Of a stretch of 64,000 nucleotides of DNA, positions 46,931 through 56,515 are shown piece after piece (position 1 is the first letter of the stretch; each line of letters opens with the position of its first letter). The DNA comes from Deferribacterales bacterium (GTDB lineage Bacteria; Chrysiogenota; Deferribacteres; Deferribacterales; Geovibrionaceae): assembly GCA_050253075.1 (NCBI GenBank), contig JBFWJS010000001.1, positions 96,001 to 160,000 on the forward strand. Direction: 5' to 3'. Under the pieces are notes generated by a model. That model did no database searches. It was not told the origin of the DNA and saw nothing but the letters and a program-made list of their open reading frames with translations. Position numbers and translations under genes: made by a program.

Positions 46931-48694
46931 ATGAACAATATTCTCAGACAGCCGATGCAGTTACTCGCTAACTTGTCGGCTGTTTTTATTTTTATTATTA
47001 TTCTGACATACGCATCATTCCCCGCACATGGAGAGGCGTCCCGCATCGTTAAGGTGGGCGCATATAACAACCCTCCGAAGATCGCTATAACATCAGGCGG
47101 AAAGGTCACAGGCTTCTGGCCGGAGCTCATCGCACACATCGCATCAGAGGAAAACTGGCAGATAGAATACGTCAAAGGCGGATGGGAAGAAGGGCTCGTA
47201 AACCTCAGCAGCAAAACCATAGACATAATGCCCGACGTAGCCTTTACAAAACAGCGGGCGAAGCTCTACCACTTTGCCAATACGCCCGTGATGGCGAGCT
47301 GGAGCCGAGTATACGTGCGTGAAGACGACGACAGGATAAAGTCCCTCGAAGACCTCCGCGGGATGCGCATAGCAGGGCTATCCGGCAGTGTAAATATCGA
47401 AGGCCCCGACGGACTGAAAAAGATAGTCCAGAGCTTCAACCTGAACTGTCATGTCTCAGAGATGAACAGCTACGACGAAGTTTTCGAATCACTGCTTACA
47501 GGATATGCCGATGCCGTTATCACAAATATGAGCTTCGGCGATGAATTCATAAAGCATAACCCTGCGAAGAAGACACCGATAATGCTCTCCCCCGTTACGC
47601 TCACCTTCGCATTCCCCAAAAATGCGCCCGATACCGAGTATCTGCAGAAACGGATAGACTTTCAGATGGCAAAGATGATGGACGACAGCAACTCGATATA
47701 CTACGAACTGCTGACAAAGTATTTCTCGCCGAAGATAGCCGAAAAGACAGTACGGATCATGCCTATGTGGGCAAAGGTGCTCATAGGATTCGCCGTTATT
47801 GCCCTGATATTCACCTTTACGGTGCTGAAGACGACGCAAAAGCAGGTAGACGCTAAAACAAAAGAGCTGAAGGCGCTGAATGACCACCTGAAAGAAAAGA
47901 TAGATGAAGAGACAGCTAACCGTATCCGACAGGAAAAGATGCTCTATGACCAGCAGAAACACGCCGACATGGGGCAGATGATAAAGTCGATAGCCCACCA
48001 GTGGCGTCAGCCTCTGAACAACATATACATAATATCCCAGAACATGCAGGACGAATGGGAAAACGGCAAGCAGTACGATGCAGATGTAGCGCAGAGCTTT
48101 GAAAGGCAGGGTGAGCTTATCAGCCATATGTCTGATACCATTGACGACTTCCTGCACTTCTTCAAACCTGATAAGCTGAAAAGCAGATTCAACATAACAA
48201 ACTCTCTGATGCGTTGCCTGCGCCTTGTAAATGCCGAGTCGCAGACAAAGCGTATAAACATTAATTTCATGTGTGAGTGCGAAGATAATAAATGTGATAT
48301 CAGCACTTATCAGCAGGACAACTGCACATGCAGAGACATATATGTGGACGGATACGAAGGGGAGTTCAAGCAGATAATGCTGAATCTGCTGAGCAACTCC
48401 ATATATGCCCTCTCAAAACAGGAATCGGACTATAAAAAAATAGACGTCACCATCAGCTGCAAAGACGGCATAATAACGCTGAAAGTAACAGACAACGGCG
48501 GCGGCATCCCGGATAACATTATGGACAAGATATTCGACCCTTACTTCACCACGAAGAAAGAGGGGGAAGGTGTCGGCATAGGGCTCCACATGAGCAGAAC
48601 GATAATAGTGAATCATATGAACGGAGAGATAAATGTAGCCAATAAAGGGGACGGTGTGGAAACTACGATAACCCTTAGCAGCTCTAGCCGTTGA
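46931..48694 (+). CDS. Sensor histidine kinase with periplasmic solute-binding (PBP) domain (orphan)
   Basis: VGAYNNPP PBP domain, [35 protein letters not shown]. Confidence 0.9.
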   Translation: MNNILRQPMQLLANLSAVFIFIIILTYASFPAHGEASRIVKVGAYNNPPKIAITSGGKVTGFWPELIAHIASEENWQIEYVKGGWEEGLVNLSSKTIDIMPDVAFTKQRAKLYHFANTPVMASWSRVYVREDDDRIKSLEDLRGMRIAGLSGSVNIEGPDGLKKIVQSFNLNCHVSEMNSYDEVFESLLTGYADAVITNMSFGDEFIKHNPAKKTPIMLSPVTLTFAFPKNAPDTEYLQKRIDFQMAKMMDDSNSIYYELLTKYFSPKIAEKTVRIMPMWAKVLIGFAVIALIFTFTVLKTTQKQVDAKTKELKALNDHLKEKIDEETANRIRQEKMLYDQQKHADMGQMIKSIAHQWRQPLNNIYIISQNMQDEWENGKQYDADVAQSFERQGELISHMSDTIDDFLHFFKPDKLKSRFNITNSLMRCLRLVNAESQTKRININFMCECEDNKCDISTYQQDNCTCRDIYVDGYEGEFKQIMLNLLSNSIYALSKQESDYKKIDVTISCKDGIITLKVTDNGGGIPDNIMDKIFDPYFTTKKEGEGVGIGLHMSRTIIVNHMNGEINVANKGDGVETTITLSSSSR

Positions 48695-49337
48695 GGTCTT
48701 TCAGAACCTTTATCTCACGCCCCTGAACCTCGATGTATCCTTCCTCGGACAGCTTTTTCAGCACTCGGCTGAATGTTTCTGCCGTGGTTCCGAGCAGAAG
48801 AGCCAGCTCCCCCTTCGGCACGGGCAGCTTTATCACTTTCGACTCTTTCTTTTTCTGTGCGGAGAGCCAGTTGACAAGCCTCGCACGGACATCGTTTATG
48901 GTCAGGCTTTCGATAAGATTTACGAAATATTTGATCCTTTTGGAAAGCGCACCGATCAGCCTCATGGAGACCTTCGGGTCTGCGGTGATTATCTCCTCGA
49001 GCTTCCTCGCATCTATCTCTAAGAGGTCGCAGGGCTCGAGGGTCATGGATGTCACAGGGTATCTCAGCCCAAGCTGAAGGAGTATCTCGGCAAATATCTC
49101 TCCGCTTTTGACAAAGTGAACGACGGCTTCCCGCCCTTCTTCGTTTGTACGGTAGAGCTTTATGCTCCCCTTCACGAGGAAATAGACCGTGCTCCCCTCC
49201 TGATTCTCCATGAAGATTATCTGCTTTTTATCCACCTTTCGGTACTTACACACATCTTCGAGGAGAGAGATCAGTTCTTCGTCGGAGCTTCCGAAAAATC
49301 CGTTTGCAAATGCCTTTACGGCTGCCTGTTTATCCAT
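48684..49337 (-). CDS. Crp/Fnr-family regulator (Dnr/HcpR/NssR-like, no Fnr Cys cluster)
   Basis: cNMP-like domain GEIFAE..YP; HTH ELALLLGTTAETFSR. Confidence 0.9.
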   Translation of the reverse strand: MDKQAAVKAFANGFFGSSDEELISLLEDVCKYRKVDKKQIIFMENQEGSTVYFLVKGSIKLYRTNEEGREAVVHFVKSGEIFAEILLQLGLRYPVTSMTLEPCDLLEIDARKLEEIITADPKVSMRLIGALSKRIKYFVNLIESLTINDVRARLVNWLSAQKKKESKVIKLPVPKGELALLLGTTAETFSRVLKKLSEEGYIEVQGREIKVLKDLNG

Positions 49338-49366
49338 GTAGGGATTATATCCTAGTTCTCGTTTTC

Positions 49367-49436
49367 CGTCATCCCGAACATCGTGAAGGATCTGAAAACC
49401 TATTCAGATTATTCGTCGAGGCTCCTCAGAATGACG
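49367..49436. repeat. CGTC-type palindromic repeat
   Basis: CGTCATCCCGA...GAAGGATCTGAA...TTCAGATTATTCG...CTCAGAATGACG. Confidence 0.8.
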
Positions 49437-49439
49437 AAC

Positions 49440-50243
49440 TTAAGGTTTAAATGTAAATTTAAGGGTGTCCTGTTTCTTATTATCGGGGCAGGCGTCTATG
49501 CAGTCGCCGCAGTTGTGGCAGTGGAGGCTTGCGCCCTCTTCCATAGGGTTTATCACAGCAGGGCATACCCTTATACAGCTTTTGCACATGGAGCATTCGT
49601 CCACGACCTTCCTCACCGTCATCCCCCGCCTGTTGCGAAATAGCGAAAGAAATGTCCCCGTCGGGCAGAACAGCCTGCACCAGTATCTGTAATAGAACAG
49701 CTCCATAAAGAGTATGGCGAAAACTATCGCCAGCTCGAATGTGACATAGCCGAACTTCACTATCACCAGTGCCTGAGACGATATTATCCCCGGAGCAGAG
49801 ATAAGGTTCAGCACGGGCACACCGATGATCATCATCACCAGCAGACCGATAAGCAGGAATATAAACCTGAACCTCGATGCCTTTGAAGGGTAGCTCTCGG
49901 TATATACCGGTTTATTCAGCTTTATGCCGAAGCGTTTCTTCGCCGCCTCCACCCACTCGGTGAAAAGGTAATACGGGCAGAACCAGCTGCACCACACCCT
50001 GCCGAGGAGCATCATCAGTGCGAGCGGTATCACCAGCGAGCCGAGCATATATATATTCACAATGCCGGAGGCGACCATAGACTGAAATACGGCAAGAGGG
50101 TCTGCGATGGCGGCATCGCCTATGTCCATGCTGTAGAATGTGCCTTTAATAAAGTACAGCTCCCACACATTCATGAACGGAATGACGAATATAGCTATCA
50201 GTGTGGATATCTGGGCAGTACGCCTGAGTTTTTTTATCTTCAT
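49440..50243 (-). CDS. napH: Membrane ferredoxin-type quinol dehydrogenase subunit
   Basis: DPLA, GRVWCSWFCP, WCRLFCPTG, two CxxCxxCxxxCP. Confidence 0.9.
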   Translation of the reverse strand: MKIKKLRRTAQISTLIAIFVIPFMNVWELYFIKGTFYSMDIGDAAIADPLAVFQSMVASGIVNIYMLGSLVIPLALMMLLGRVWCSWFCPYYLFTEWVEAAKKRFGIKLNKPVYTESYPSKASRFRFIFLLIGLLVMMIIGVPVLNLISAPGIISSQALVIVKFGYVTFELAIVFAILFMELFYYRYWCRLFCPTGTFLSLFRNRRGMTVRKVVDECSMCKSCIRVCPAVINPMEEGASLHCHNCGDCIDACPDNKKQDTLKFTFKP

Positions 50244-51007
50244 TGTTCCTGCCACTCGTCCTTGTCCTCATCGAGCTCTACGTTATACTCGAAGTCGGGT
50301 TTTGCGCCGAATGAGCTTATCTTCTGCTTCTCGTTCAGCAGTTCCTGACCGTGCAGTGTCCCTTCCTTTGACTCTGTTTCGCCTTGGAGCTTCATCTTAC
50401 GGTTGTAGAACCCAGCCTCCGCCTTTACCCCCATCCCCACGGGATAGATATTTATGGACTTCGGCGTTGTGGGGCATTTCTCCACGCATATACCGCACCC
50501 TGTGCACTTATCTGTCACCACGGGCAGTATGAATTTATCAAGGAATATAGCCTCGTCCGTAAACGGGCAGACGTTGTTGCATGTGTTGCAGAGCTGTGCG
50601 AGACCGTCGGCGGATACGCCCTTTTCCTCATCTCGGAAATATTTATAGTTCAGGCATGTCTCCTGATCTATCACGGCGATGCCCATGCGCACCTTTTCGG
50701 GTTCAATGAGTTTAGGGTTCAGCGCACCTGTGGGGCAGACGGATGGACACTTCATACAGAGATAACACGCACGCTTATCCGCAAAGACATATGGCGTGCC
50801 TATCTGAAGTTTTTCATACAGGTCGGCTCTGTGGATGGAGTCATAGGGGCATACCTCTATGCATCTGGCACAGCGTATGCACAGCTCCATGAACATCTCC
50901 TCACCAACCGCACCGGGCGGACGGAGCCTGTTCAGCTTAAAGAAGTTTTTGAACGGATTGGTGTTTAACAGCTTCCCAAGGCGTTCGGTGAATTTGTTAC
51001 GAGGCAT
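50240..51007 (-). CDS. napG: Polyferredoxin subunit
   Basis: LRPPGA, CIRCARCIEVCP, CPTGAL, CTGCGICVEKCP. Confidence 0.9.
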   Translation of the reverse strand: MPRNKFTERLGKLLNTNPFKNFFKLNRLRPPGAVGEEMFMELCIRCARCIEVCPYDSIHRADLYEKLQIGTPYVFADKRACYLCMKCPSVCPTGALNPKLIEPEKVRMGIAVIDQETCLNYKYFRDEEKGVSADGLAQLCNTCNNVCPFTDEAIFLDKFILPVVTDKCTGCGICVEKCPTTPKSINIYPVGMGVKAEAGFYNRKMKLQGETESKEGTLHGQELLNEKQKISSFGAKPDFEYNVELDEDKDEWQEQ

Positions 51008-51009
51008 CT

Positions 51010-51345
51010 TTACCCTTCCTGAACGGTTTCAAGCGGGTGCTTATCCCTGCGCTTACTCCTCTGGAATGCTTTGATATCAGGCACTTTTTTGCCTGAGAGG
51101 ATATCTTCCACATCCTCTTCAAAGTGCATTATATGGTGTCCTATGTCGAGTATCTCGTCATAGCTTTTTATCTTTTTCGAGAGTTCTTCGAGGTTGTCGT
51201 CGTTCTCTGTTTCGATGGAGACGACTATCTGAGTTTTATCCTCACCCACGGCATGAATCTCTATCTCTTTGAATTTGCCGAGGATGGAGCGTGCTGCATC
51301 CAGATTCTCAGGCTGGATGAATACTATGCTTCCTGAATAGATCAT
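51010..51345 (-). CDS. napD: NapA Tat-proofreading chaperone
   Basis: SGSIV...EIHA...IVVSIE pattern; lies between napA and napG. Confidence 0.85.
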   Translation of the reverse strand: MIYSGSIVFIQPENLDAARSILGKFKEIEIHAVGEDKTQIVVSIETENDDNLEELSKKIKSYDEILDIGHHIMHFEEDVEDILSGKKVPDIKAFQRSKRRDKHPLETVQEG

Positions 51346-51385
51346 TTTCGGCTCCTGTACATCACAAAAATATTAATTATAAAAT

Positions 51386-51428
51386 CGTCACTGCTGGGTT
51401 TCAGATCCTTCGCTTTGCTCAGGATGAC
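51386..51428. repeat. CGTC-type repeat, internally deleted copy
   Basis: CGTCAC...TCAGATCCTTCGCTTTGCTCAGGATGAC right arm matches 58968-58995. Confidence 0.7.
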
Positions 51429-51448
51429 AAGTTTTCTCGACATCGCAT

Positions 51449-51569
51449 ATCAGTGGATGATTTTGTTTTTATGCAAGTCGGGAAACCGTGAGGAAGCGCA
51501 GTTTACTTTCAGTAAATGAGCATTCCGAACAGTTTTACAACGCCGCATAGAAGCAAAAGGAACACTGAT
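51449..51569. repeat. Long hairpin repeat, family 2
   Basis: Terminal IR ATCAGTG...CACTGAT; core GCGCAGTTTAC-tttca-GTAAATGAGCA. Confidence 0.7.
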
Positions 51570-51573
51570 CATT

Positions 51574-51607
51574 AAAAAAAGCGCTCTCTCCCGGGAGAAG
51601 AGAGCGC
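51574..51607 (-). terminator. Intrinsic terminator after napA
   Basis: Minus strand gcgctctct...agagagcgc then T7. Confidence 0.8.
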
Positions 51608-51630
51608 AAATGTGATGCCGGTTGCCTTCC

Positions 51631-54024
51631 TTAAGAGAAGGATGCGTTTATGTCACTTATTATGTATTTTTCTGACACGTCTTTCGGTCCTGATACACGC
51701 TTTATCTGTACTGCGGCTATCTTGAACTCAGGCTCTTTCGATCCAGGGTCTACTGCGTCGTTACAGACAAAGTTGATCATCCTGTCCATAGCCTGATCAT
51801 GCCACGGAACAAAGAGGATGCCCGGCAGGGAAATCTTTGTAACGTGTGCAGGGAGGACAGATTTACCACGGATGCTGGTCACTTCGACCATATCGCCTGA
51901 AACTATGCCGTATTTCTTAGCATCGTCAGGGTGGATCTCGATGTATCCGTTAGGGTGTGCTCTCGCTATCTCAGGGATACGCATTGTCATGGTACCTGTG
52001 TGCCACTGCTCGATAACACGGCCGGTGGTGAGATAGAACGGATACTCCGCAGAAGGTACTTCCGCAGGGCCTGCGTATGGTCTCAGCCAGATGTTTGCCT
52101 TACCCTCGCCGTCCTTATCCATATAGAAGTAGAACTCTCTGTCTGTAGGCATTGTGATGCCGAACTTCGCCTTGAAGGCTTCGTGCTCGAACATAGGGTC
52201 CATGCCTCGTACATATCTCTTATATGTGCCGGGGTGGTCTGTGGACGGACACGGCCACTGCAGACCTGCCTTTTCCTTCTTAAGCCTGTCGTATGTGGCT
52301 CCTGCGAGGGTATGGTCAGTATCTTTTGTAAGAGTGATGTAGTCGTTCCACGCCATTTCGTTATTTTTCATATAGTTGTCGCTGTTCCAAGGGATCAGCT
52401 TCTCGAGACCCATGCGCTTAGCTATCTGAGCGGCTATCCACACATCAGGCTTCGCATTGCCCATAGGCTCTACACACTGCTCTGTGAGCTGGCTTCTGCG
52501 CTCGGAGCATCCGTAAACGCCGCCTTTCTCATAGATAAATGCAGCAGGGAGCACAACATCGGCGAGCTGTGTCGTACGTGTAGGGAACAGGTCTATAACA
52601 ACGAGGAATGAGTTCTTCATGCCGTCGATGTATTTGTTAAGGTTAGGCAGAGACTGCGCAGGGTTTGTCGTACATGTAATCATCCCCTTGATAGGCTTGT
52701 CTGCCTGATCTTCTCCGCCGAGGGAGTCGAACATCTTCATAGTGTGGAAGCCGGGCTTAGGGTTGATGGTTCCCGGTGCTATGCCCCACTCTTTTTCTAC
52801 GAATGCACGCCACTTGTCGTTTGCCACAGGTTTAGTACCGGGCAGAAGGTGACACAGAGTACCTGTCTCGCGCACACCGCCGCAGGCATTCGGCTGACCT
52901 GTGAGGGAGAATGAATCCGCGCCCGGCTTAAACAGGTTTCCTGTTATAAGGTGCAGGTTGTGGATGAGGTTGTTCGCCCATACGCCTCTGGTACGCTGGT
53001 TCAGACCCATTGTCCAGAGTGTCATGGATGCGCCTGAGTTGGCGAACCACTCGGCAGCCTTGCGTATGTTGTCCGCAGGACAGCGTGTTATCTTCTCTAC
53101 CTTTTCAGGTGTGAAATCTTTTATGAATTCTTTATATCCTTCGATGTCGAATGTCTCTTTGCCGTTGGTGATACGTGCGTTCTCTGTCATGAATTTCTCG
53201 TCATGCCAGTTGTTGTCCATTATCACCTTTGCCATAGAGTGGAAAACAGCAAGGTCAGTACCCGGATCCACAGGAAGCCAGAGGTCGGCGATCTTCGCTG
53301 TTGTTGTCTTTCTCGGTTCGCAGACGATAACTTTCACGTCAGGATTCTTCATCTTATGACGCATGATACGGCGGAAGATGATAGGGTGACACTCGGATGT
53401 GTTTGAACCGACAAGGAAGATACACTTAGAGTATTCGATGTCTGCATATGCGCCCACAGGCTCGTCAGAACCGAAAGAAGAGATGTATCCGCCCACGGCA
53501 GATGCCATACAGAGTCTCGGGTTTCCTTCGACCATGTTAGAGCCGAATCCGCCTTTGAAGAGCTTGTTGAATGTGTAGCTCTCCTCTGTCATAGCCTGAC
53601 CGGAGCCGTAGTATGCCACTGCGTCTTTGCCGTATTTGCCGTGCAGTTCTTTGAACTTGTTCACTACGGTGTCGAGGGCAGTGTCCCAGCTCACTTTTTT
53701 GAATGTACCGTCAGACTGGCGTACCATAGGGTCTGTTATCCTGTCTGGATGATACATACATTTATATGCGAGGAATCCTTTTACACAGAGGAATCCAAAG
53801 TTTGTTTTGCCGTCGGGGTTACCCTTTATAGCGACTACCTTGCCGCCCTTTACTCCGATATATACAGCGCAGCCTGTACCGCAGAAACGGCAGGCTCCTT
53901 TTACCCATTTATCAACGTCTGCACCACCTGCAGCCTCAGCCTTTTTAGGCATGCTGATGCCGACAGATGCGGCAGCAGAGGCAGCTACTGTTGCTTTCAG
54001 AAAATTTCTTCTGGTAATGCTCAT
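51631..54024 (-). CDS. napA: Periplasmic nitrate reductase catalytic subunit
   Basis: Tat signal TRRNFLK, CRFCGTGC..LCVKG, PRLCMASA, LTGQPNACG, TTGR..QWHTGTMT. Confidence 0.96.
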   Translation of the reverse strand: MSITRRNFLKATVAASAAASVGISMPKKAEAAGGADVDKWVKGACRFCGTGCAVYIGVKGGKVVAIKGNPDGKTNFGFLCVKGFLAYKCMYHPDRITDPMVRQSDGTFKKVSWDTALDTVVNKFKELHGKYGKDAVAYYGSGQAMTEESYTFNKLFKGGFGSNMVEGNPRLCMASAVGGYISSFGSDEPVGAYADIEYSKCIFLVGSNTSECHPIIFRRIMRHKMKNPDVKVIVCEPRKTTTAKIADLWLPVDPGTDLAVFHSMAKVIMDNNWHDEKFMTENARITNGKETFDIEGYKEFIKDFTPEKVEKITRCPADNIRKAAEWFANSGASMTLWTMGLNQRTRGVWANNLIHNLHLITGNLFKPGADSFSLTGQPNACGGVRETGTLCHLLPGTKPVANDKWRAFVEKEWGIAPGTINPKPGFHTMKMFDSLGGEDQADKPIKGMITCTTNPAQSLPNLNKYIDGMKNSFLVVIDLFPTRTTQLADVVLPAAFIYEKGGVYGCSERRSQLTEQCVEPMGNAKPDVWIAAQIAKRMGLEKLIPWNSDNYMKNNEMAWNDYITLTKDTDHTLAGATYDRLKKEKAGLQWPCPSTDHPGTYKRYVRGMDPMFEHEAFKAKFGITMPTDREFYFYMDKDGEGKANIWLRPYAGPAEVPSAEYPFYLTTGRVIEQWHTGTMTMRIPEIARAHPNGYIEIHPDDAKKYGIVSGDMVEVTSIRGKSVLPAHVTKISLPGILFVPWHDQAMDRMINFVCNDAVDPGSKEPEFKIAAVQIKRVSGPKDVSEKYIISDINASFS

Positions 54025-54035
54025 GGAAGTCCCCC

Positions 54036-54395
54036 TTACTTATAGTCGTGTACTTTATGTACGGTAAAGTTGTGCGATATGTGGCAGGATGCACATCTGG
54101 CCTGCGGAGCCTGATTGTTTTCGATCTGCATCGAATGGCAGCCTTCACATGTTGCATTTGCAGGAGATTTCACGAAGTTTACCTCGTCACCGTGGCAGAC
54201 CTGACACTTTACGCCGGTAAAGCCGTGTGCACTCTCTTCCCACTGCTTATAAACGTCAGGTGTGACATCCACATGACATTCTGCGCAGTCCTGATTACCC
54301 ATTTCCTGCGGGTGCTGATCAGCAGCATAAGCAAAGGCAAATGCACCGAGCACCAGAACCATTAAAATGAAAAACACTCTGTTGAACGATCCCAT
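54036..54395 (-). CDS. napM: Small tetraheme cytochrome c
   Basis: Signal peptide and four CxxCH motifs (CAECH, CQVCH, CEGCH, CASCH); directly upstream of napA. Confidence 0.85.
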   Translation of the reverse strand: MGSFNRVFFILMVLVLGAFAFAYAADQHPQEMGNQDCAECHVDVTPDVYKQWEESAHGFTGVKCQVCHGDEVNFVKSPANATCEGCHSMQIENNQAPQARCASCHISHNFTVHKVHDYK

Positions 54396-54431
54396 ACTGT
54401 ACCCCCGGGATATATTTTGTATCTCTCTCTA

Positions 54432-54505
54432 AACCTTTAAAACGGCACACCGCAGTCCAACCCTGAACTACGGCATGTCGGAGGTTGCTGAGCGTATTAA
54501 CGCCC
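54432..54505 (-). ncRNA. Structured 5' leader of the nap operon (Moco-RNA-like junction sequences)
   Basis: AACC/GGUU closing stem, UCCGA, 13-bp hairpin, CCGU...AAAGG. Confidence 0.4.
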
Positions 54506-54661
54506 ATATATATATTTTGCTTCTCGCTATTAGCCTAACCCCATGAATACAATTCTACTGTGTACTTTGTAAAACGGTCATTAAGGTTGTAAGGCTGATG
54601 TAAATAATGTGAACGTGGATAATTTTTATATATATCTGAACAAAATAAACGCCCTGGTGTC

Positions 54662-54690
54662 TTGCCTACACACATATGAGGAGCTATAAT
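54662..54690 (+). promoter_or_regulatory. Sigma70-like promoter
   Basis: TTGCCT-17nt-TATAAT just upstream of the GGAGG RBS of the FAD oxidoreductase. Confidence 0.65.
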
Positions 54691-54708
54691 AAAACATTGG
54701 AGGACACA

Positions 54709-55887
54709 ATGAGCAAATTTGATTTTATAGTCGCAGGCAGCGGTATCAGCGGAATGAGCTTTGCCCACCATATGGCTGCAAAGGGGAAAACTGTCCTTGT
54801 ACTCGAGAAAAAGAGCTACGCAGGCGGATGCCTCTGTACGCTCAGACACGAGGATTTCTGGCTGGAGCTCGGCGGTCACACAGTTTACAACTCCTATATG
54901 TCATTCATCAAATCTCTCAGAGAGCTTTCCTGCGAGGACAAGTTTCTCCCCAGAGAGAAGGCTTCCTTTAAAATGTATAATAACGGCTCCATAGAATCTC
55001 TGATGAAGTCCCTCAGCAAGTTTGAGGCTGCGCTGAATGTGCCTAAAATGTTCTTTATGAAGAAAGACGGCAAAAGCGTACGTGAGTATTACTCCGCCAT
55101 CCTCGGCAAGGGGAACTATGAGAACATGTTCTCCGCTATGCTGCAGGCTGTTATATCGCAGGACGCATCAGATTTCCCTGCGGACATGCTCCTTAAAAAG
55201 CGTGACAGGGACAAAACAGCCCCACGCAACTTCACTCTGAAGAACGGTATGGCATCATTCATAGAGACTGTCGCATCAGAGGAAAACGTGACCCTCAAGA
55301 CCGACAGCGAGGCTGTGGACATCACATATGCAGACGGCGAATACAGCGTAGAGACCGTCGGCGGAGAAAAATTTCAGGCGGACAATATCGTCATGGCATG
55401 CCCGCCGCCCACAGCGGGGAAACTGCTCGCAGGGTGCGCACCTTCCGTCGCCTCACTCCTTTCTGAAATAGGCGGTGCAAAGGTCGATACTGTCGGTGTC
55501 ATCGTTAAGAAAGAAGATATCAGCGTAGAACCTTTCAGCTTTATCATAGCAAAGAACGACGTGTTCACCTCTGCGGTATCCAGAGACATCATCCCCCATG
55601 AAAAATACCGCGGGGTATCCTTCCACTTCCGTGAAGGAGCTCTGGACAAAGAGGGCAAAATATCAAAGATAGAAGACGTGCTCGGCATCGACAGGGGCGC
55701 AATAGTCGCTATGGATGCCACAGTCAACTTCTCCCCGACACTCGGCATGGATCACAAAGCCCGTGTGGCGAAGATCGACGAAGCTGTCAAAGGATATAAA
55801 GGTCTGTATATAGTAGGTAACTATTTCGGAGGTGTGGCGATAGAAGACTGTGCGCTCAGAGCCGCATCACAGGCCGCAACCGTATAA
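54709..55887 (+). CDS. FAD-dependent oxidoreductase, HemY/protoporphyrinogen oxidase-like
   Basis: AGSGISG, EK...GG, ELGGHT, FTLKNGM, GNYFGGVAIEDC. Confidence 0.78.
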   Translation: MSKFDFIVAGSGISGMSFAHHMAAKGKTVLVLEKKSYAGGCLCTLRHEDFWLELGGHTVYNSYMSFIKSLRELSCEDKFLPREKASFKMYNNGSIESLMKSLSKFEAALNVPKMFFMKKDGKSVREYYSAILGKGNYENMFSAMLQAVISQDASDFPADMLLKKRDRDKTAPRNFTLKNGMASFIETVASEENVTLKTDSEAVDITYADGEYSVETVGGEKFQADNIVMACPPPTAGKLLAGCAPSVASLLSEIGGAKVDTVGVIVKKEDISVEPFSFIIAKNDVFTSAVSRDIIPHEKYRGVSFHFREGALDKEGKISKIEDVLGIDRGAIVAMDATVNFSPTLGMDHKARVAKIDEAVKGYKGLYIVGNYFGGVAIEDCALRAASQAATV

Positions 55888-55888
55888 T

Positions 55889-56515
55889 CTAAAGCAAATC
55901 CAATACGTCGGCCATACGGGCAACCGTGTGGTCGGCGATTTCGCTGTAATCATCGTGTGAGAACTCTTTCGTGAAAACTGTCGTACAACCCGCCGCTTTC
56001 GCAGACATCAGACCTATCTGAGAATCCTCTATGCATATGCACTCCTCAGGATTCAGCCCGAGAGCCTTCACGGCATAAAGATATCCGTCCGGCGCAGGCT
56101 TGCCCTTATCATAGAGCTCGTCTGTGGCTATCACGTCGAAGCCCGACAGGTCTATGCAGTGGGCGAACATGTCCACCTCTGCCTTTGAGCTGCCTGTCAC
56201 TATCCCCTTTTTGATATCAAGGCCGAGGAGCGCGTCCAGCCCATCTGCTATGGGAGCGTCGCATGTTTTGAAAAATTCGGTCTTAGCATTGATGAAGACG
56301 GTGCGGATATCATCAGGATGCATATCAGGCAGATAGAGAGTGTTTAAGGTCTCGAAGATGCCTTTCCATGTGGAACCTTCGAAATTCCTGCTGTCGTCAT
56401 CTGTAAGCTCTCTGCCTATCAGCCCGCCCATGGTGTCTTTAAATAATTTATAATTATACTTTTCAGTACCGATTATCGTGTTGTCAAAATCTATCAGAAC
56501 AGCTTTAAATTTCAC
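55889..56515 (-). CDS. HAD-family phosphatase
   Basis: DFDNT, VTGS, KPAPD, IEDS..G...A.AAG. Confidence 0.9.
   Translation of the reverse strand: MKFKAVLIDFDNTIIGTEKYNYKLFKDTMGGLIGRELTDDDSRNFEGSTWKGIFETLNTLYLPDMHPDDIRTVFINAKTEFFKTCDAPIADGLDALLGLDIKKGIVTGSSKAEVDMFAHCIDLSGFDVIATDELYDKGKPAPDGYLYAVKALGLNPEECICIEDSQIGLMSAKAAGCTTVFTKEFSHDDYSEIADHTVARMADVLDLL

Noticed and set aside
51631..54024. Selenocysteine-containing NapA
   Set aside because: The Mo-ligand position is an ordinary Cys (PRLCMASA) and the ORF has no in-frame TGA
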